Assembly: GCA_005222975.1 (NCBI GenBank)
Contig: NJBI01000003.1
Span: 32,001-96,000 of the forward strand
Origin: Promethearchaeota archaeon Loki_b31
Lineage (GTDB): Archaea > Asgardarchaeota > Lokiarchaeia > Sigyniarchaeales > SOKP01
Direction of reading: 5' to 3'
DNA length: 64,000 nucleotides
Part shown: piece by piece, positions 41,282 through 52,127 of the stretch
Position numbering within the stretch: the stretch's first letter is position 1
Layout: each line of letters opens with the position of its first letter
The notes under the pieces: model-generated
What the model was told of the DNA's origin: nothing
Seen by the model: only the letters and a program-made list of their open reading frames with translations
Database searches by the model: none
Translations under genes and position numbers: made by a program

Positions 41282-42994
41282 TTGGAAGAAAAGAAAAAAG
41301 TATTGAATGGTGGCGATGTTCTAATAAAATGTTTACTCGAAGAAGACATTAAATATCTGTTTGGAATTATTGGTGGGCAATTCTTAAATATGTTTGATGC
41401 AATTTACAGATGGGGTAAAGAGAAGGGCATTGAAACCGTGATGTTTAGACATGAACAGGCTGCTGCCCATGCAGCCGATGCTTGGGCAAGAGTAACTAAT
41501 AAACCAGGAATCTGTTTTGGAACAGTTGGTCCGGGCGCAACTCAACTCGTTCCGGGTGTTGGTGCGGCATGGAGCGATAATATGCCTATGATTGTAATTG
41601 TACCTCAAGTAAATAGTAAATTTGCAGATTCCTTCACTTTACAAGGAAACCTCGACCAAATTACAATGTTCAAACCGATTACTAAATACCAAAAAAGTAT
41701 TAGAACAATTGAAGAAATTCCTAACGCCGTCCAAAAATGTTTTAGAGAAGCTACAAGTGGTCGTCCAAGACCTGTCTTATTGGAAATATACGAAGATGCT
41801 TTTCTTGCTGAGGCTGAAGAAGACAAAATTTCTATTCTCACTTCAAATAAATACAGGGCTCTTGTGAAACCTGCTGTTGATAATGCATTAATTAAAGAAT
41901 CGTTGGAATTACTATTAAAAGCAGAAAAACCTTTAATTGTTGCTGGAGGGGGTGTTTCTCGAGCAGAAGGAGGGAACGAGCTTCAAGAATTTGCTGAGTA
42001 TTTAAAAATCCCTACGCTAACATCTATTATGGGTATGGGTACTATTTCAAGCGATTCAAAATCTTTTGTCGGATCAACTATAGCTGGTGCTGGTTTAAAA
42101 GCAGCCGCAGAAGCAGATGTAGTTTTAGTTCTTGGTTGTAAATTTACTCATATTATGGCCCATGGTCAGGAACCATTTTGGAAGGATTCACAAAAAATGA
42201 TCCAAGTCGATATCGATCCAACCATTATAGGTCGAGCTAAACCAATTACTTTAGGTATTATAGGAGATTGCAAGCAATTTTTAAAACAGATCCTTGAAGA
42301 AGCAAAGAAAGCGCAAAAAATTGAACAAAGAGATTGGTTGGAAGAAATGGTCAAAGCAAGAGAAAATTACATAACGACTATGATAAAAAAGGCATCGAAA
42401 GATAAAATACCAATTGTTCCTCAACGATTAATAAAAGATGTTTTAGAAAGTATAGATGACGATGCAATTTTAGTTTTAGATGGCGGAGATATTGTATGCT
42501 ACGCTATGGAACAAATAGATATTCACAAACCAAGGCCTCCACTTTCTACTGTAGAAGCAGTCGGTATGGGCCATTTAGGTACTGGAATTCCTTACGGTAT
42601 TGGTGCTAAATTAGCAAAGCCTGATAAACAAGTTGTAGCAATAACTGGAGACGGATCATTTATGATGAACATTCAGGATCTTGAAACAGCCGCTAGATTG
42701 GGATTAAAAAACCTAATATACATAGTTGCCAATAACAGTGCGTGGGGCATGCTTAAATCAGGGCAAAAGCTCTTCGTAGGTAAGCGTTATATCGATGTGG
42801 AACTCCCACCTTTTGACTACGCTAAATGTGCCGAAGGATTTGGTTGTTATGGAGAAGTAGTTACCGATCCTAACGAGATTAAACCCGCCTTCGAGAGAGC
42901 AAAAAACTCGGGGAAACCTGCTGTAATAGATATAAAGATAGCTTGGAGTATTCCCGATTCAACTAAGCTTTTAGGTAGTATGGGAATTTTATAA
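41282..42994 (+). CDS. Thiamine-diphosphate enzyme, acetolactate synthase / 2-hydroxyacyl-CoA lyase family
   Basis: RHEQAA, GPGAT, SGRPRPV, GDGSF...NN. Confidence 0.92.
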   Translation: MEEKKKVLNGGDVLIKCLLEEDIKYLFGIIGGQFLNMFDAIYRWGKEKGIETVMFRHEQAAAHAADAWARVTNKPGICFGTVGPGATQLVPGVGAAWSDNMPMIVIVPQVNSKFADSFTLQGNLDQITMFKPITKYQKSIRTIEEIPNAVQKCFREATSGRPRPVLLEIYEDAFLAEAEEDKISILTSNKYRALVKPAVDNALIKESLELLLKAEKPLIVAGGGVSRAEGGNELQEFAEYLKIPTLTSIMGMGTISSDSKSFVGSTIAGAGLKAAAEADVVLVLGCKFTHIMAHGQEPFWKDSQKMIQVDIDPTIIGRAKPITLGIIGDCKQFLKQILEEAKKAQKIEQRDWLEEMVKARENYITTMIKKASKDKIPIVPQRLIKDVLESIDDDAILVLDGGDIVCYAMEQIDIHKPRPPLSTVEAVGMGHLGTGIPYGIGAKLAKPDKQVVAITGDGSFMMNIQDLETAARLGLKNLIYIVANNSAWGMLKSGQKLFVGKRYIDVELPPFDYAKCAEGFGCYGEVVTDPNEIKPAFERAKNSGKPAVIDIKIAWSIPDSTKLLGSMGIL

Positions 42995-43050
42995 CCAATA
43001 AAAATATATTCTATTTTTTTTTAAATTATAATTAATAGAGTGTGAGATAT

Positions 43051-44070
43051 ATGAAAGGAGCAGTATTTGTAGGAAAACATCAAATTGAAATAAGAGACGA
43101 TATACCTAAACCAGAGGTTCTTTCTGACGAGGTATTAATAAAGGTAAAATATTGCGGTATATGTGGTTCTGGAATTGAATCTTACGAATCTGGGGGGATG
43201 TATTTGCCTGGAATCGTTATTGGTCACGAGTTTTCGGGAGAAATCGTGGAAATAGGCGATAATGTAAGAAAAAGGAAAATAGGTGATCGAGTAACGGTAA
43301 ATCCTAATGTTCCGTGCCACGATTGTTATTGGTGCAACCATTACCAAGAAAATATGTGCAAATTAAGTAATAATGGTTTAGGTACGACTCAAAATGGTGG
43401 AATGGCAGAATTCATAAACTTAAAGGCGGAGCGGTTACACGCCTTACCAGACTCAATGTCGTTCAAAGCAGGAGCTACAGTAGAACCATTAGCAAACTGT
43501 GTGTACGCAGTTCAACAATCGGGTTTAAAAATTGGTGATAGCGTTGCAGTTATTGGAGCGGGAACAATAGGATTAATGACGATTCAAACGCTAAAAGTTG
43601 CCGGTGCTGGTAGTATTTACGTAATAGAACCCGTTGAATCAAAACAAAAAAAAGCGCTTGAAGTAGGTGCAGAAAAGGCGTTAAAACCAAACGCTTGGAA
43701 TAAGATCGTTAGATTAACTAATAAAATTGGACCTGATCACGTTTTTGATTGTGTAGGGCTTCCAGAAACTTATATGACATCAATGAATTTAGTTAAAAGA
43801 GGAGGCCAAATAACACTTATTGGAATACATGTAGAATCTTTCGAAATGAAAGGGTTTATGCAGCTAATGCTCAAAAACATTTCAATGAAAGGAGTGTTTA
43901 GTTTTAACCAAGAAGTTTTCGCAACCTCGTTAAATTTAATCGCTGAAAGTAAAGTAAATGTAGACCCAATAATTACAAAAACGATAAAAATAGACGAAGT
44001 ACCCGCAATGTTTAAAACATTAGCTAATCCGCCACATGAAGAGATAAAAGTACTTGTAGAGTTCGATTAA
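43051..44070 (+). CDS. Zn-dependent alcohol/polyol dehydrogenase (MDR family)
   Basis: GICGS, GHEFSG, structural CxxCxxC...C, GAGTIG. Confidence 0.92.
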   Translation: MKGAVFVGKHQIEIRDDIPKPEVLSDEVLIKVKYCGICGSGIESYESGGMYLPGIVIGHEFSGEIVEIGDNVRKRKIGDRVTVNPNVPCHDCYWCNHYQENMCKLSNNGLGTTQNGGMAEFINLKAERLHALPDSMSFKAGATVEPLANCVYAVQQSGLKIGDSVAVIGAGTIGLMTIQTLKVAGAGSIYVIEPVESKQKKALEVGAEKALKPNAWNKIVRLTNKIGPDHVFDCVGLPETYMTSMNLVKRGGQITLIGIHVESFEMKGFMQLMLKNISMKGVFSFNQEVFATSLNLIAESKVNVDPIITKTIKIDEVPAMFKTLANPPHEEIKVLVEFD

Positions 44071-44164
44071 TTTTTAATTAATTATTATTTTTCCTATTTT
44101 TTTAGTTATTATTTTCAATCGAGCTATAGAAAAATTTTATAAATTCCCAAAATAATAATAACGA

Positions 44165-44204
44165 TACTTATTGATTTAGGAAATATCAAATCAATATGTA
44201 AGTA
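44165..44204 (+). promoter_or_regulatory. Inverted repeat upstream of the fatty-acid-CoA ligase gene (operator or 5'-UTR hairpin)
   Basis: TATTGATTT-N10-AAATCAATA (44169-44196), extendable by TACTTA/TAAGTA, about 25 nt downstream of a GAAAAA-TTTTATAAA BRE/TATA. Confidence 0.45.
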
Positions 44205-44227
44205 AAAAAAAAAGGTGTTAAATAAAA

Positions 44228-45960
44228 ATGCAAAATCAAAAATCTCCATATGATTCAAAAATATGGTTAAAATCTTATGATAAGCATGTTAAACCCACTT
44301 TAGAATATCCCAAAGAAAGCCTTGGCAAATTATTCGATAACGCAATGGCGAAATTTCCTGAAAGACCTGCCTGCTTTTTCATGGAAAGAGAAATGCCTTT
44401 TAAAGAGCTTAGAGATTATGTACATAGATTTGCAACTTTTTTACAGAAAAATGGTTTGAAAAAGGGAGATCGTGTTTGTATAAACTTACCTAATTGCCCT
44501 CAATATTTAGCGGCACACTTTGGAACATTATTAGTTGGTGGTGTAGCCTCAGGGTGTTCACCTCTTTTAAGTCCTCCTGAAATTGCTTATCAAATAAATG
44601 ACAGTGAAGCTAAATTTTTCGTAACTTTAGATGCGGTATATGCGAAGGTATTAATAAAAGTCTTAGAAAAAACACCAAATCTTAAGTGCATCATAACCAC
44701 TAATATCGCAGATTATATGGGACTTCCTAAAGTCAAAGTAATTCTTGGTAAATTAATAGGAAAAATTCCAAAAGGAAAAGTTACACCATATGAAGGAAAA
44801 ATGGTTATTGATTTCCTAGAAGTGATGAAAACACCAATCGATTTTAAAGAAGCAGAAATAGATGTGAAAAAAGATCTTGCTTTACTTCAATATACTGGTG
44901 GAACTACAGGGCTGCCTAAAGGTACGGAACTTACTCATGCCAACATAGCAGCTAATATAGTTCAAGTTGCAAATTGGCTTGATACAGATGAAGCAAAAGA
45001 GGGAGAATTTAATTTATCTGCTTTTCCACTCTTTCATTTAGCAGGTCTATTTATGGGTATGTCAACCCTGTATACTTCAGCTGGGCAAATATTAATTGCT
45101 AACCCTAGGGATACAGACCATATTATAAAAGAAATGATGGATAAAAATCCTAAGATAGTGGTGAATGTACCAACATTATTTTTAGCTATAAAAAATAATC
45201 CAAAAATAAAGGATGTTTCCAAGTCCACCTTTGATAATGTTGATGTTTATGTTTCTGGTGCTGCACCATTTCCCGCGGAAGCAATTCACGATTTCGAAGA
45301 TTCGATGTTTGCGAAAAACAAATTATTGGAATTATATGGTATGACCGAAACATCACCCGTGCTTACCATGAATCCTTTTTATGGTAAAAAAAAAATAGGC
45401 ACTGTTGGTTTACCAATGCCAGATACCGAAATACGCCTTGTTGATGTTGAAACTGGAGAACAAGTGGAGCTTGGCAAACCCGGGGAAATAATTTGCAAAG
45501 GGCCTCAAGTTATAGAGGTTACTATAACAAACCAGAAGCAAATGCTCAAACTATTATTGATGGATGGCTTCATACTGGAGATGTTGGTGAAATGGATGAA
45601 GACGGATTCATTACAATTGTAGATCGAACTAAAGATATGTTAATCGTAAGCGGATATAAGGTTTATAGCGTTCATGTTGAGGATATTTTAACAAAACACC
45701 CAGACATCGAATTAGTTGCCATCATTGGATTAAAAGATCCCGATCGACCGGGTAGTGAAATTGTCAAAGCAGTCGTTCAACTTAAAGAGGGGATCGAACC
45801 AACTGATTCTGTAAAAGAGACTTTAAAAAAATATGCTTCTGAACATCTCTCGAAATATGAAAACCCTAGAGTTTGGGACTTTAGAGAAGAGTTACCTCTC
45901 ACATTAGTGGGTAAAATATTAAAAAGAGCACTTCGAGAAGAAGAAACTAAAAATGATTAA
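44228..45960 (+). pseudogene. Long-chain fatty-acid-CoA ligase split by a -1 frameshift at about 45513
   Basis: YTGGTTGLPKG and YGMTETSP in one frame; RGYY, GWLHTGD, DRTKD, GKI in another. GTT AT AGA GGT lacks one base of GPQV-M-RGY. Confidence 0.88.
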
Positions 45961-46051
45961 TTAAAACTTTTTTTTTCTATTTTTATAAAATTATTTTAAG
46001 GACTTCATCAAATACTAAATATAGTTATAAAATTATTTCTAACTCAAAGAG

Positions 46052-47344
46052 TTGATGTTATTGAATAATAAAAAAGGACAAGTTCAATGTATAAATGATG
46101 AAATTCTCGAAAAAATGCAACTAAAATTTCGATATAAATTTCTAAACAATAATTTAATTGCCGTATTAAAACCAGAGGATTATAAATTTCTTCGAGAGGT
46201 TGAGAAATTTTATATTAATTTTGAAAAAAAATATAATATTACTCATAATGAGGATTTTTACGAGTGGTTTCCAGAAATAGGTAAAGCAGGGCTTCTCACA
46301 AGAATAAATCATTTCAACAATTTTGATTTAAATTATGAGCCATATGGATTGAAGGCAGAATTTCTAAGATTGCTTGCAACTGATTTTTTTGATCCTCAAA
46401 TGACGATGAGCATGGGAGCATGCGTTCTTGCAGTAAATCCACTCTTACTTCACAATGAAGGTGTTGATGTTCGTTTAAAAGCACTTAAAGAATTGGTAAC
46501 TGGAGAGAAAATAGGCTGTATTTGTATTACAGAACCAGAAAGAGGTTCCGATGCCGTTCATATGGAAACTACCTGTGATGAACAAGAAAATGGGGATTAT
46601 TTAATAAATGGTCAAAAGATTTATCAAACAAATGGACCCAAAGCAGATTGGGCAATTATTTATGCATGTTCAGAAAAAGATAATGGAAATACAATGGCTC
46701 AATTTTTAGTAGATACATCATGGGAAGGATGGAATGTTGAAAAAATTAATATTCCTTGGGTACCAAGAATATCTCTTGGAAAAGAGACATTTAAAAATTT
46801 AAAAGTACCTAAAGAATATGTTTTGGGAGCACCTGGTTTAGGGCGTGAATATCTTTTTGAAGGTTTAAATTTAGAGCGATTAGGAGGTTGTTCTTTATAT
46901 ATTTCGGAAGCTTGGAACGCTGTTACACACGCAGTAATTTATACTAACATGCGAAAACAATTTAACCAAGAAATCTTAAAATTCCAAGGAGTTGGATTTA
47001 CATTATCAGATTTATGGGCAAAAACAATGAATTTAACTTTAGCTCTCTTATATATATCTGAACTGGTTGATAATACTCTAAAAAAAAATGATGGAATCCT
47101 TCCTAAAGCTTTTAACTTATCTTTAGGAGTTTATGTGTCTCAACTAAAGTATCAATGTGCAAAGTTAAGTGAAAGAGTATGCTATGAATCTGCAAATCTT
47201 ATGGGTGGAGCGGGAGTCTGTGATAATACATTAATGCAAGATTTGCTCGGAATCTCAAGAATACAGGAAATTGGGGCTGGAACAAGACAAATCCAACAAT
47301 ATATTATGAGCTATAGCTTAAGAAGGCTATTTAAGATGCTTTAA
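46052..47344 (+). CDS. Acyl-CoA dehydrogenase
   Basis: CITEPERGSD, INGQKIYQTNG, RKQF, MGGAG, EIGAGTRQIQ; exact start uncertain. Confidence 0.92.
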   Translation: MMLLNNKKGQVQCINDEILEKMQLKFRYKFLNNNLIAVLKPEDYKFLREVEKFYINFEKKYNITHNEDFYEWFPEIGKAGLLTRINHFNNFDLNYEPYGLKAEFLRLLATDFFDPQMTMSMGACVLAVNPLLLHNEGVDVRLKALKELVTGEKIGCICITEPERGSDAVHMETTCDEQENGDYLINGQKIYQTNGPKADWAIIYACSEKDNGNTMAQFLVDTSWEGWNVEKINIPWVPRISLGKETFKNLKVPKEYVLGAPGLGREYLFEGLNLERLGGCSLYISEAWNAVTHAVIYTNMRKQFNQEILKFQGVGFTLSDLWAKTMNLTLALLYISELVDNTLKKNDGILPKAFNLSLGVYVSQLKYQCAKLSERVCYESANLMGGAGVCDNTLMQDLLGISRIQEIGAGTRQIQQYIMSYSLRRLFKML

Positions 47345-47519
47345 TGTTTTTATTGATTGAATTTCTTTAAAAATAATTTTATTCTTCTCTTCTTTTTTTT
47401 CTTTTGGCTAAGATTAAACTTAGATTACTTCTAAATTCAAGTTGTAAACAATTATAAATGAAAAAATCTAACTCTATATATTATAAGTTTATTCAAATTA
47501 ATCATTTTGAGAATTTTAA

Positions 47520-48341
47520 ATGAAAATCGAAGATATTCAAGATATAATCTATGAAAAGGAAGAAAACGGAATCTGTACCGTTACAATTTACCAACCCAAA
47601 AGGAAAAATGCAATGTCATTTGTAACCTTTTTAGAAATTGAGACGGTGTTAGCAGATATGGAATCTGATAAAAATGCTAAAGTTTTAATTATTACTGGCT
47701 GCGAAGAAGCTAACGCGTTTTCGTCAGGTGGATATTTCAATATGAATATGATAACTTCAATTCCCAAAGAAATATTGGAAGAAATTGATTTAACAGATAT
47801 CGCGATAAAAAGATTGTCTATGAAATTTTGGAATTTTTCTAAACCGGTAATCGCTGCTATAAACGGATTAGCGGTAGGTGCGGGTTTTACTATGCCCTTA
47901 ATAGGGGCTGATTTAATTTATATGTCTGAAGATGCTTGGATTGGTTTTTATTTTATAAGACGCGCAGTAATAGCGGAATTCGGCGCCGATTTTTTACTTC
48001 CTTTTTACATTGGTTTTCAGAAAACCAAAGAATTGCTTTATTTTGGTAAAAAGATAACTGCTCAAGAAGCCTACGAGCTTGGACTTGTAAATAAAGTTTT
48101 ACCAAAAGAAGAATTGATGCCATTTGTTAGAGAACAAGCGTTGAAACTTATTCCTCCTAAAGGTCCGTCTTTATCGTTAAAATTAATGAAAAAAACTATG
48201 CACGATTATTTTAAAGACATTTTATCAAGAACGCTAGACCTTGAAAACGAAGGTCTCAGAACTCTTTTAAAAACCCACGACTTTAGAGAATCGTTGAAAG
48301 CATTAATTCAGAAACGAGATCCAACTTTTAAAGGAAAATAA
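47520..48341 (+). CDS. Enoyl-CoA hydratase/isomerase family protein
   Basis: AFSSGG, KPVIAAINGLAVGAG, AQEAYELGLVN, KRDPTFKGK. Confidence 0.92.
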   Translation: MKIEDIQDIIYEKEENGICTVTIYQPKRKNAMSFVTFLEIETVLADMESDKNAKVLIITGCEEANAFSSGGYFNMNMITSIPKEILEEIDLTDIAIKRLSMKFWNFSKPVIAAINGLAVGAGFTMPLIGADLIYMSEDAWIGFYFIRRAVIAEFGADFLLPFYIGFQKTKELLYFGKKITAQEAYELGLVNKVLPKEELMPFVREQALKLIPPKGPSLSLKLMKKTMHDYFKDILSRTLDLENEGLRTLLKTHDFRESLKALIQKRDPTFKGK

Positions 48342-48386
48342 TAATTAAAGTCATAAAAATTGTTTTTACTAAGTTAGATTTGGACT

Positions 48387-49907
48387 ATGACTATTGATAA
48401 AATTGGTTTTGATAACGAAAAGTATCTAAAAGAACAATCTAAGAGCATCTTAGATCGATCAGCTCAATTTGGAAATAAATTATATCTTGAATTCGGCGGA
48501 AAGCTGGTCTATGATTATCATGCTTCGCGAGTCCTTCCAGGTTTCGACCCAAATGTGAAAATGAAGCTTTTGAAGACTCTAAAAGATAAAATTGAAGTTA
48601 TTATTTGTATATATTCTGGAGATATAGAAAGAAGGAAGATTCGCGCAGATTTTGGCATAACATATGATAATAATGCACTGAAATTAATCGACGATCTTCG
48701 AGATGGGGGTATTAACATATGTGCCGTGGTAGTGACGCGTTATAATGGTCAACAAGTAGTAAAACAATTCATGAATAAACTGGAACGCCGTGATATAAAA
48801 GTAGTTACACATCACCTAATTAGAGGTTATCCAACCAACATTGATTTAATTATAAGTAAAGAGGGGTATGGTTCAAATGATTATATTGAAACATCCAAAC
48901 CTATAATCATAGTCACTGCACCCGGACCGGGTAGTGGAAAATTGGCAACTTGTCTTTCTCAAATGTATCACGAGCATATAAGGGGGATAGATGCGGGTTA
49001 TGCAAAATTTGAAACTTTTCCAATTTGGAACTTGCCGTTAAAACATCCTGTAAATATGGCATACGAATCGGCGACTGCTGACATCGGGGATTTTAATCAA
49101 GTTGATCCCTTTCATCTTGAAACTTATAATATTACCGCAATAAATTATAACAGAGATGTTGAGATTTTTCCGGTGGTCAAGAAAATTATGCTAAGGATTA
49201 TGGGTAAAAAATTAGTATATAAATCTCCTACTGATATGGGTGTAAATAAAGCAGGCTTTGCTATAATTAACGATGATCTGGTGCAGCAAGCAGCAAAACA
49301 GGAATTGATCCGAAGATATTTTCGGTATAGCTGTGAATATGCAATGGGTGTTGCGGAAAAGAAAACTGTACAGAGAGCGGAATTGTTGATGAAAGAATTG
49401 AACCTCACAGTATTTGATCGAGAAGTGGTAAAAGAAGCTCGTCAAGCGTCTATAGATGCCCAAAAAAATGGTAAAGGAAATGAGGGTGTATTTGCTGGAG
49501 CTGCGTTACAATTGAGGAATGGAAAAATAATGACTGGTAATAATTCTCCACTGATGCATGCTGCTTCCAGTTTAGTCTTAAATACGATCAAAGAATTAGC
49601 TGGTATCCCTAAAAACATTCATCTTTTGTCTCCAAATATTTTAAAATCCATAAGTTATTTAAAATCGGAGATTTTTAATAACAAGCGATTGAGCCTTAAT
49701 CTTGAAGAGACTCTTATAGCCTTAAGCATAAGTGCCGATTTCAATCCTTCTGCTAAAGTTGCAATAGAAAAACTTAAGGAACTTTATGGTTGCGAAACGC
49801 ATTCGACCCATATACCCACTCCAGGAGACGAAGCTGGCTTGAGAAGATTAGGACTTAATATAACATCAGATCCAAATTTTTCATCGAGAAGTCTTTTTAT
49901 AACCTAA
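48387..49907 (+). CDS. DUF1846 (UPF0371) family protein
   Basis: KLYLEFGGKL, APGPGSGKLATCLSQ, YAKFETFPIWN, SPTDMGVN. Confidence 0.9.
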   Translation: MTIDKIGFDNEKYLKEQSKSILDRSAQFGNKLYLEFGGKLVYDYHASRVLPGFDPNVKMKLLKTLKDKIEVIICIYSGDIERRKIRADFGITYDNNALKLIDDLRDGGINICAVVVTRYNGQQVVKQFMNKLERRDIKVVTHHLIRGYPTNIDLIISKEGYGSNDYIETSKPIIIVTAPGPGSGKLATCLSQMYHEHIRGIDAGYAKFETFPIWNLPLKHPVNMAYESATADIGDFNQVDPFHLETYNITAINYNRDVEIFPVVKKIMLRIMGKKLVYKSPTDMGVNKAGFAIINDDLVQQAAKQELIRRYFRYSCEYAMGVAEKKTVQRAELLMKELNLTVFDREVVKEARQASIDAQKNGKGNEGVFAGAALQLRNGKIMTGNNSPLMHAASSLVLNTIKELAGIPKNIHLLSPNILKSISYLKSEIFNNKRLSLNLEETLIALSISADFNPSAKVAIEKLKELYGCETHSTHIPTPGDEAGLRRLGLNITSDPNFSSRSLFIT

Positions 49908-50029
49908 TTATATATCAATAATTTAATTTTTTATAATCTCGAAATTCTTATAAAATGTGGTTGCTATTTAATATATTTATAAAGACCAATTAATAATTAT
50001 TATAAAAATCGGAGATGTGAAATATAGAA

Positions 50030-51715
50030 TTGACAGATGCCAATGAGAGTAATACACGTTTTATATTCATTACGGGAGGTGTAATGTCTGGTATTGGTAA
50101 GGGAGTTGTTACCGCTAGTATAGGAAAGGTGCTCCAATTCCGGGGGTTCAATATTTCGGTGGTTAAGATCGACCCTTACCTAAATGTTGATCCAGGAACG
50201 CTTAATCCAATTGAACACGGTGAATGTTTTATTACAGAAGATGTATGGGACTTTACACCTGTGCCAGAGTCAGACGAAAGATGTTATAAAATTTCTGAGA
50301 TAGATCAGGACTTCGGGACTTACAGCAGATTTTTGGGTATCGAGATGCATCCTTCACATAATATAACTTCTGGCCAGATCTATTTATCAACTATCTTAAG
50401 AGAAAGAAAAGGTAAATTCTTAGGAAAAACTGTACAATTAATCCCTCATGTGACTAGTATTATAAAGAAAAGATTAATGGAAATTTCAGAAAGTGAGAAT
50501 TTAGATGTATTATTAATAGAATGCGGCGGAACTGTAGGTGATTTAGAATCAAGTATCTTTTTGGAAGCTTTTCGACAAATTAAATTGGAGTACCCTCATC
50601 GTACGGCTTTAGTTCATGTAACTCTTGTTCCTTATTCTCGGGCAGTTGGTCAACAAAAATCAAAACCAACGCAACATTCTGTTAAAATGCTTCAAAGCGT
50701 GGGATTACAACCAGACATAATAATAGGTCGGACTGAAAAACCTTTAGCTGACGATATAAAATCGAAAATCTCCCTTTACTCAAACATTCCAGAAGACGCA
50801 GTAATTTCAAATCCTGATTTAGATGTCGTATACGAATTACCTTTATTATTTGAGGAACAAGGATTAGGGGATTTTCTTTGTGAACTTATAGATTTAAAAG
50901 CAAAACTGGTTTCGAAACCAGTTTATTCCGAATGGGTAAAAATGGTAGAATTATACAAAAACGCTAGTAAAACAGTAAGAATTGCGATGCCTGGCAAATA
51001 TTTTAACATATCTGATTCGTATATTTCCATCAACAACGCCTTAGAACACGCAGCGGCTCACCAAGGGTATAGGACTGAATTGAAAATGATAAATATTACC
51101 GAAGACACCAATATTGAAGAAGTATTAAGAGATTGTGATGGTATACTATTAACACCTGGTTTTGGAGAGAGGGCTGTTGAAGGGATGATTAAATCGGCGG
51201 AATATGCTATGGAAAAGAAAGTACCATTTTTAGGTATTTGTTTTGGTGCTCAGTTGTTTTACATTGCCTTCTGTAGAAAATATTTAAGATTAACTGGAGC
51301 AAACTCCTCTGAAATAGTTCCTGATACGCCATATCCTGTGGTTGATCTTTTAGAAAGCCAGAAAGACGTGACTGAGAAAGGAGGAAGTATGAGATTAGGT
51401 TCTCATAAAATAATTGTTGAGAAGAATACTAAACTCTTTAACGCTTATAACCAAAAAGAAATTAAAGAAAGGTTTAGGCATAGATATCATATTCAAGAAA
51501 GATTTATTACAGAAGAAGCCAAACTAAAAGGAATGATTGTATCAAGTAGAGATGAAACCGGGAAAATAATAAATAGCATTGAATTAAATCGAGACGACCA
51601 TTGGATGGTTGGAACTCAATTTCACCCCGAATTTAAATCAAGACCATACGCTCCTAGTAAGTTATATTTTGATTTTATAAAAGCGTGTGTTGCTAAAAAA
51701 GCTGGAAATAAGTAA
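50030..51715 (+). CDS. pyrG: CTP synthase
   Basis: TGGVMSGIGKG, KIDPYLNVDPGT, GGTVGD, KSKPTQHS, GICFG, RHRY, QFHPE. Confidence 0.97.
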   Translation: MTDANESNTRFIFITGGVMSGIGKGVVTASIGKVLQFRGFNISVVKIDPYLNVDPGTLNPIEHGECFITEDVWDFTPVPESDERCYKISEIDQDFGTYSRFLGIEMHPSHNITSGQIYLSTILRERKGKFLGKTVQLIPHVTSIIKKRLMEISESENLDVLLIECGGTVGDLESSIFLEAFRQIKLEYPHRTALVHVTLVPYSRAVGQQKSKPTQHSVKMLQSVGLQPDIIIGRTEKPLADDIKSKISLYSNIPEDAVISNPDLDVVYELPLLFEEQGLGDFLCELIDLKAKLVSKPVYSEWVKMVELYKNASKTVRIAMPGKYFNISDSYISINNALEHAAAHQGYRTELKMINITEDTNIEEVLRDCDGILLTPGFGERAVEGMIKSAEYAMEKKVPFLGICFGAQLFYIAFCRKYLRLTGANSSEIVPDTPYPVVDLLESQKDVTEKGGSMRLGSHKIIVEKNTKLFNAYNQKEIKERFRHRYHIQERFITEEAKLKGMIVSSRDETGKIINSIELNRDDHWMVGTQFHPEFKSRPYAPSKLYFDFIKACVAKKAGNK

Positions 51716-51721
51716 AGCACT

Positions 51722-51913
51722 ATGATAGAAAAGAAATCAATTGATTACTGTTACCTTATAAGGAGCGGCCAATCATGCATAAAAGCACAAATATCAAAAA
51801 AATACTTACCTTATTACGAATGCGAATTATGTATATGGCGTATTCGGTCTGATAACCCACGTCATTTAAAAAGTCTTCAAAGAATTTATGAAAAATATAA
51901 TCCTAATCTCTAA
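51722..51913 (+). CDS. Small Cys-rich hypothetical protein (63 aa)
   Basis: ATG 6 nt after the pyrG stop; C10, C19, C34xxC37. Confidence 0.55.
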   Translation: MIEKKSIDYCYLIRSGQSCIKAQISKKYLPYYECELCIWRIRSDNPRHLKSLQRIYEKYNPNL

Positions 51914-52127
51914 TTAATTTTTCTTGTAGTATCAACTAAATTTCTATAAACATATTCTCTAAAAGCCAGTTTTTTTAAAGAACATTTTTGTCTTAACCTA
52001 GAGGCGAAAAAAAGTTATTAATTATTTACCAAGCAGTTTTTATTTAACAGCTTAATAAATATTCTTAAAAGAAATTAATAGCTATTTTTAATTTAAGGAT
52101 ATAAAATAAGAAGAATATATTTGTACA

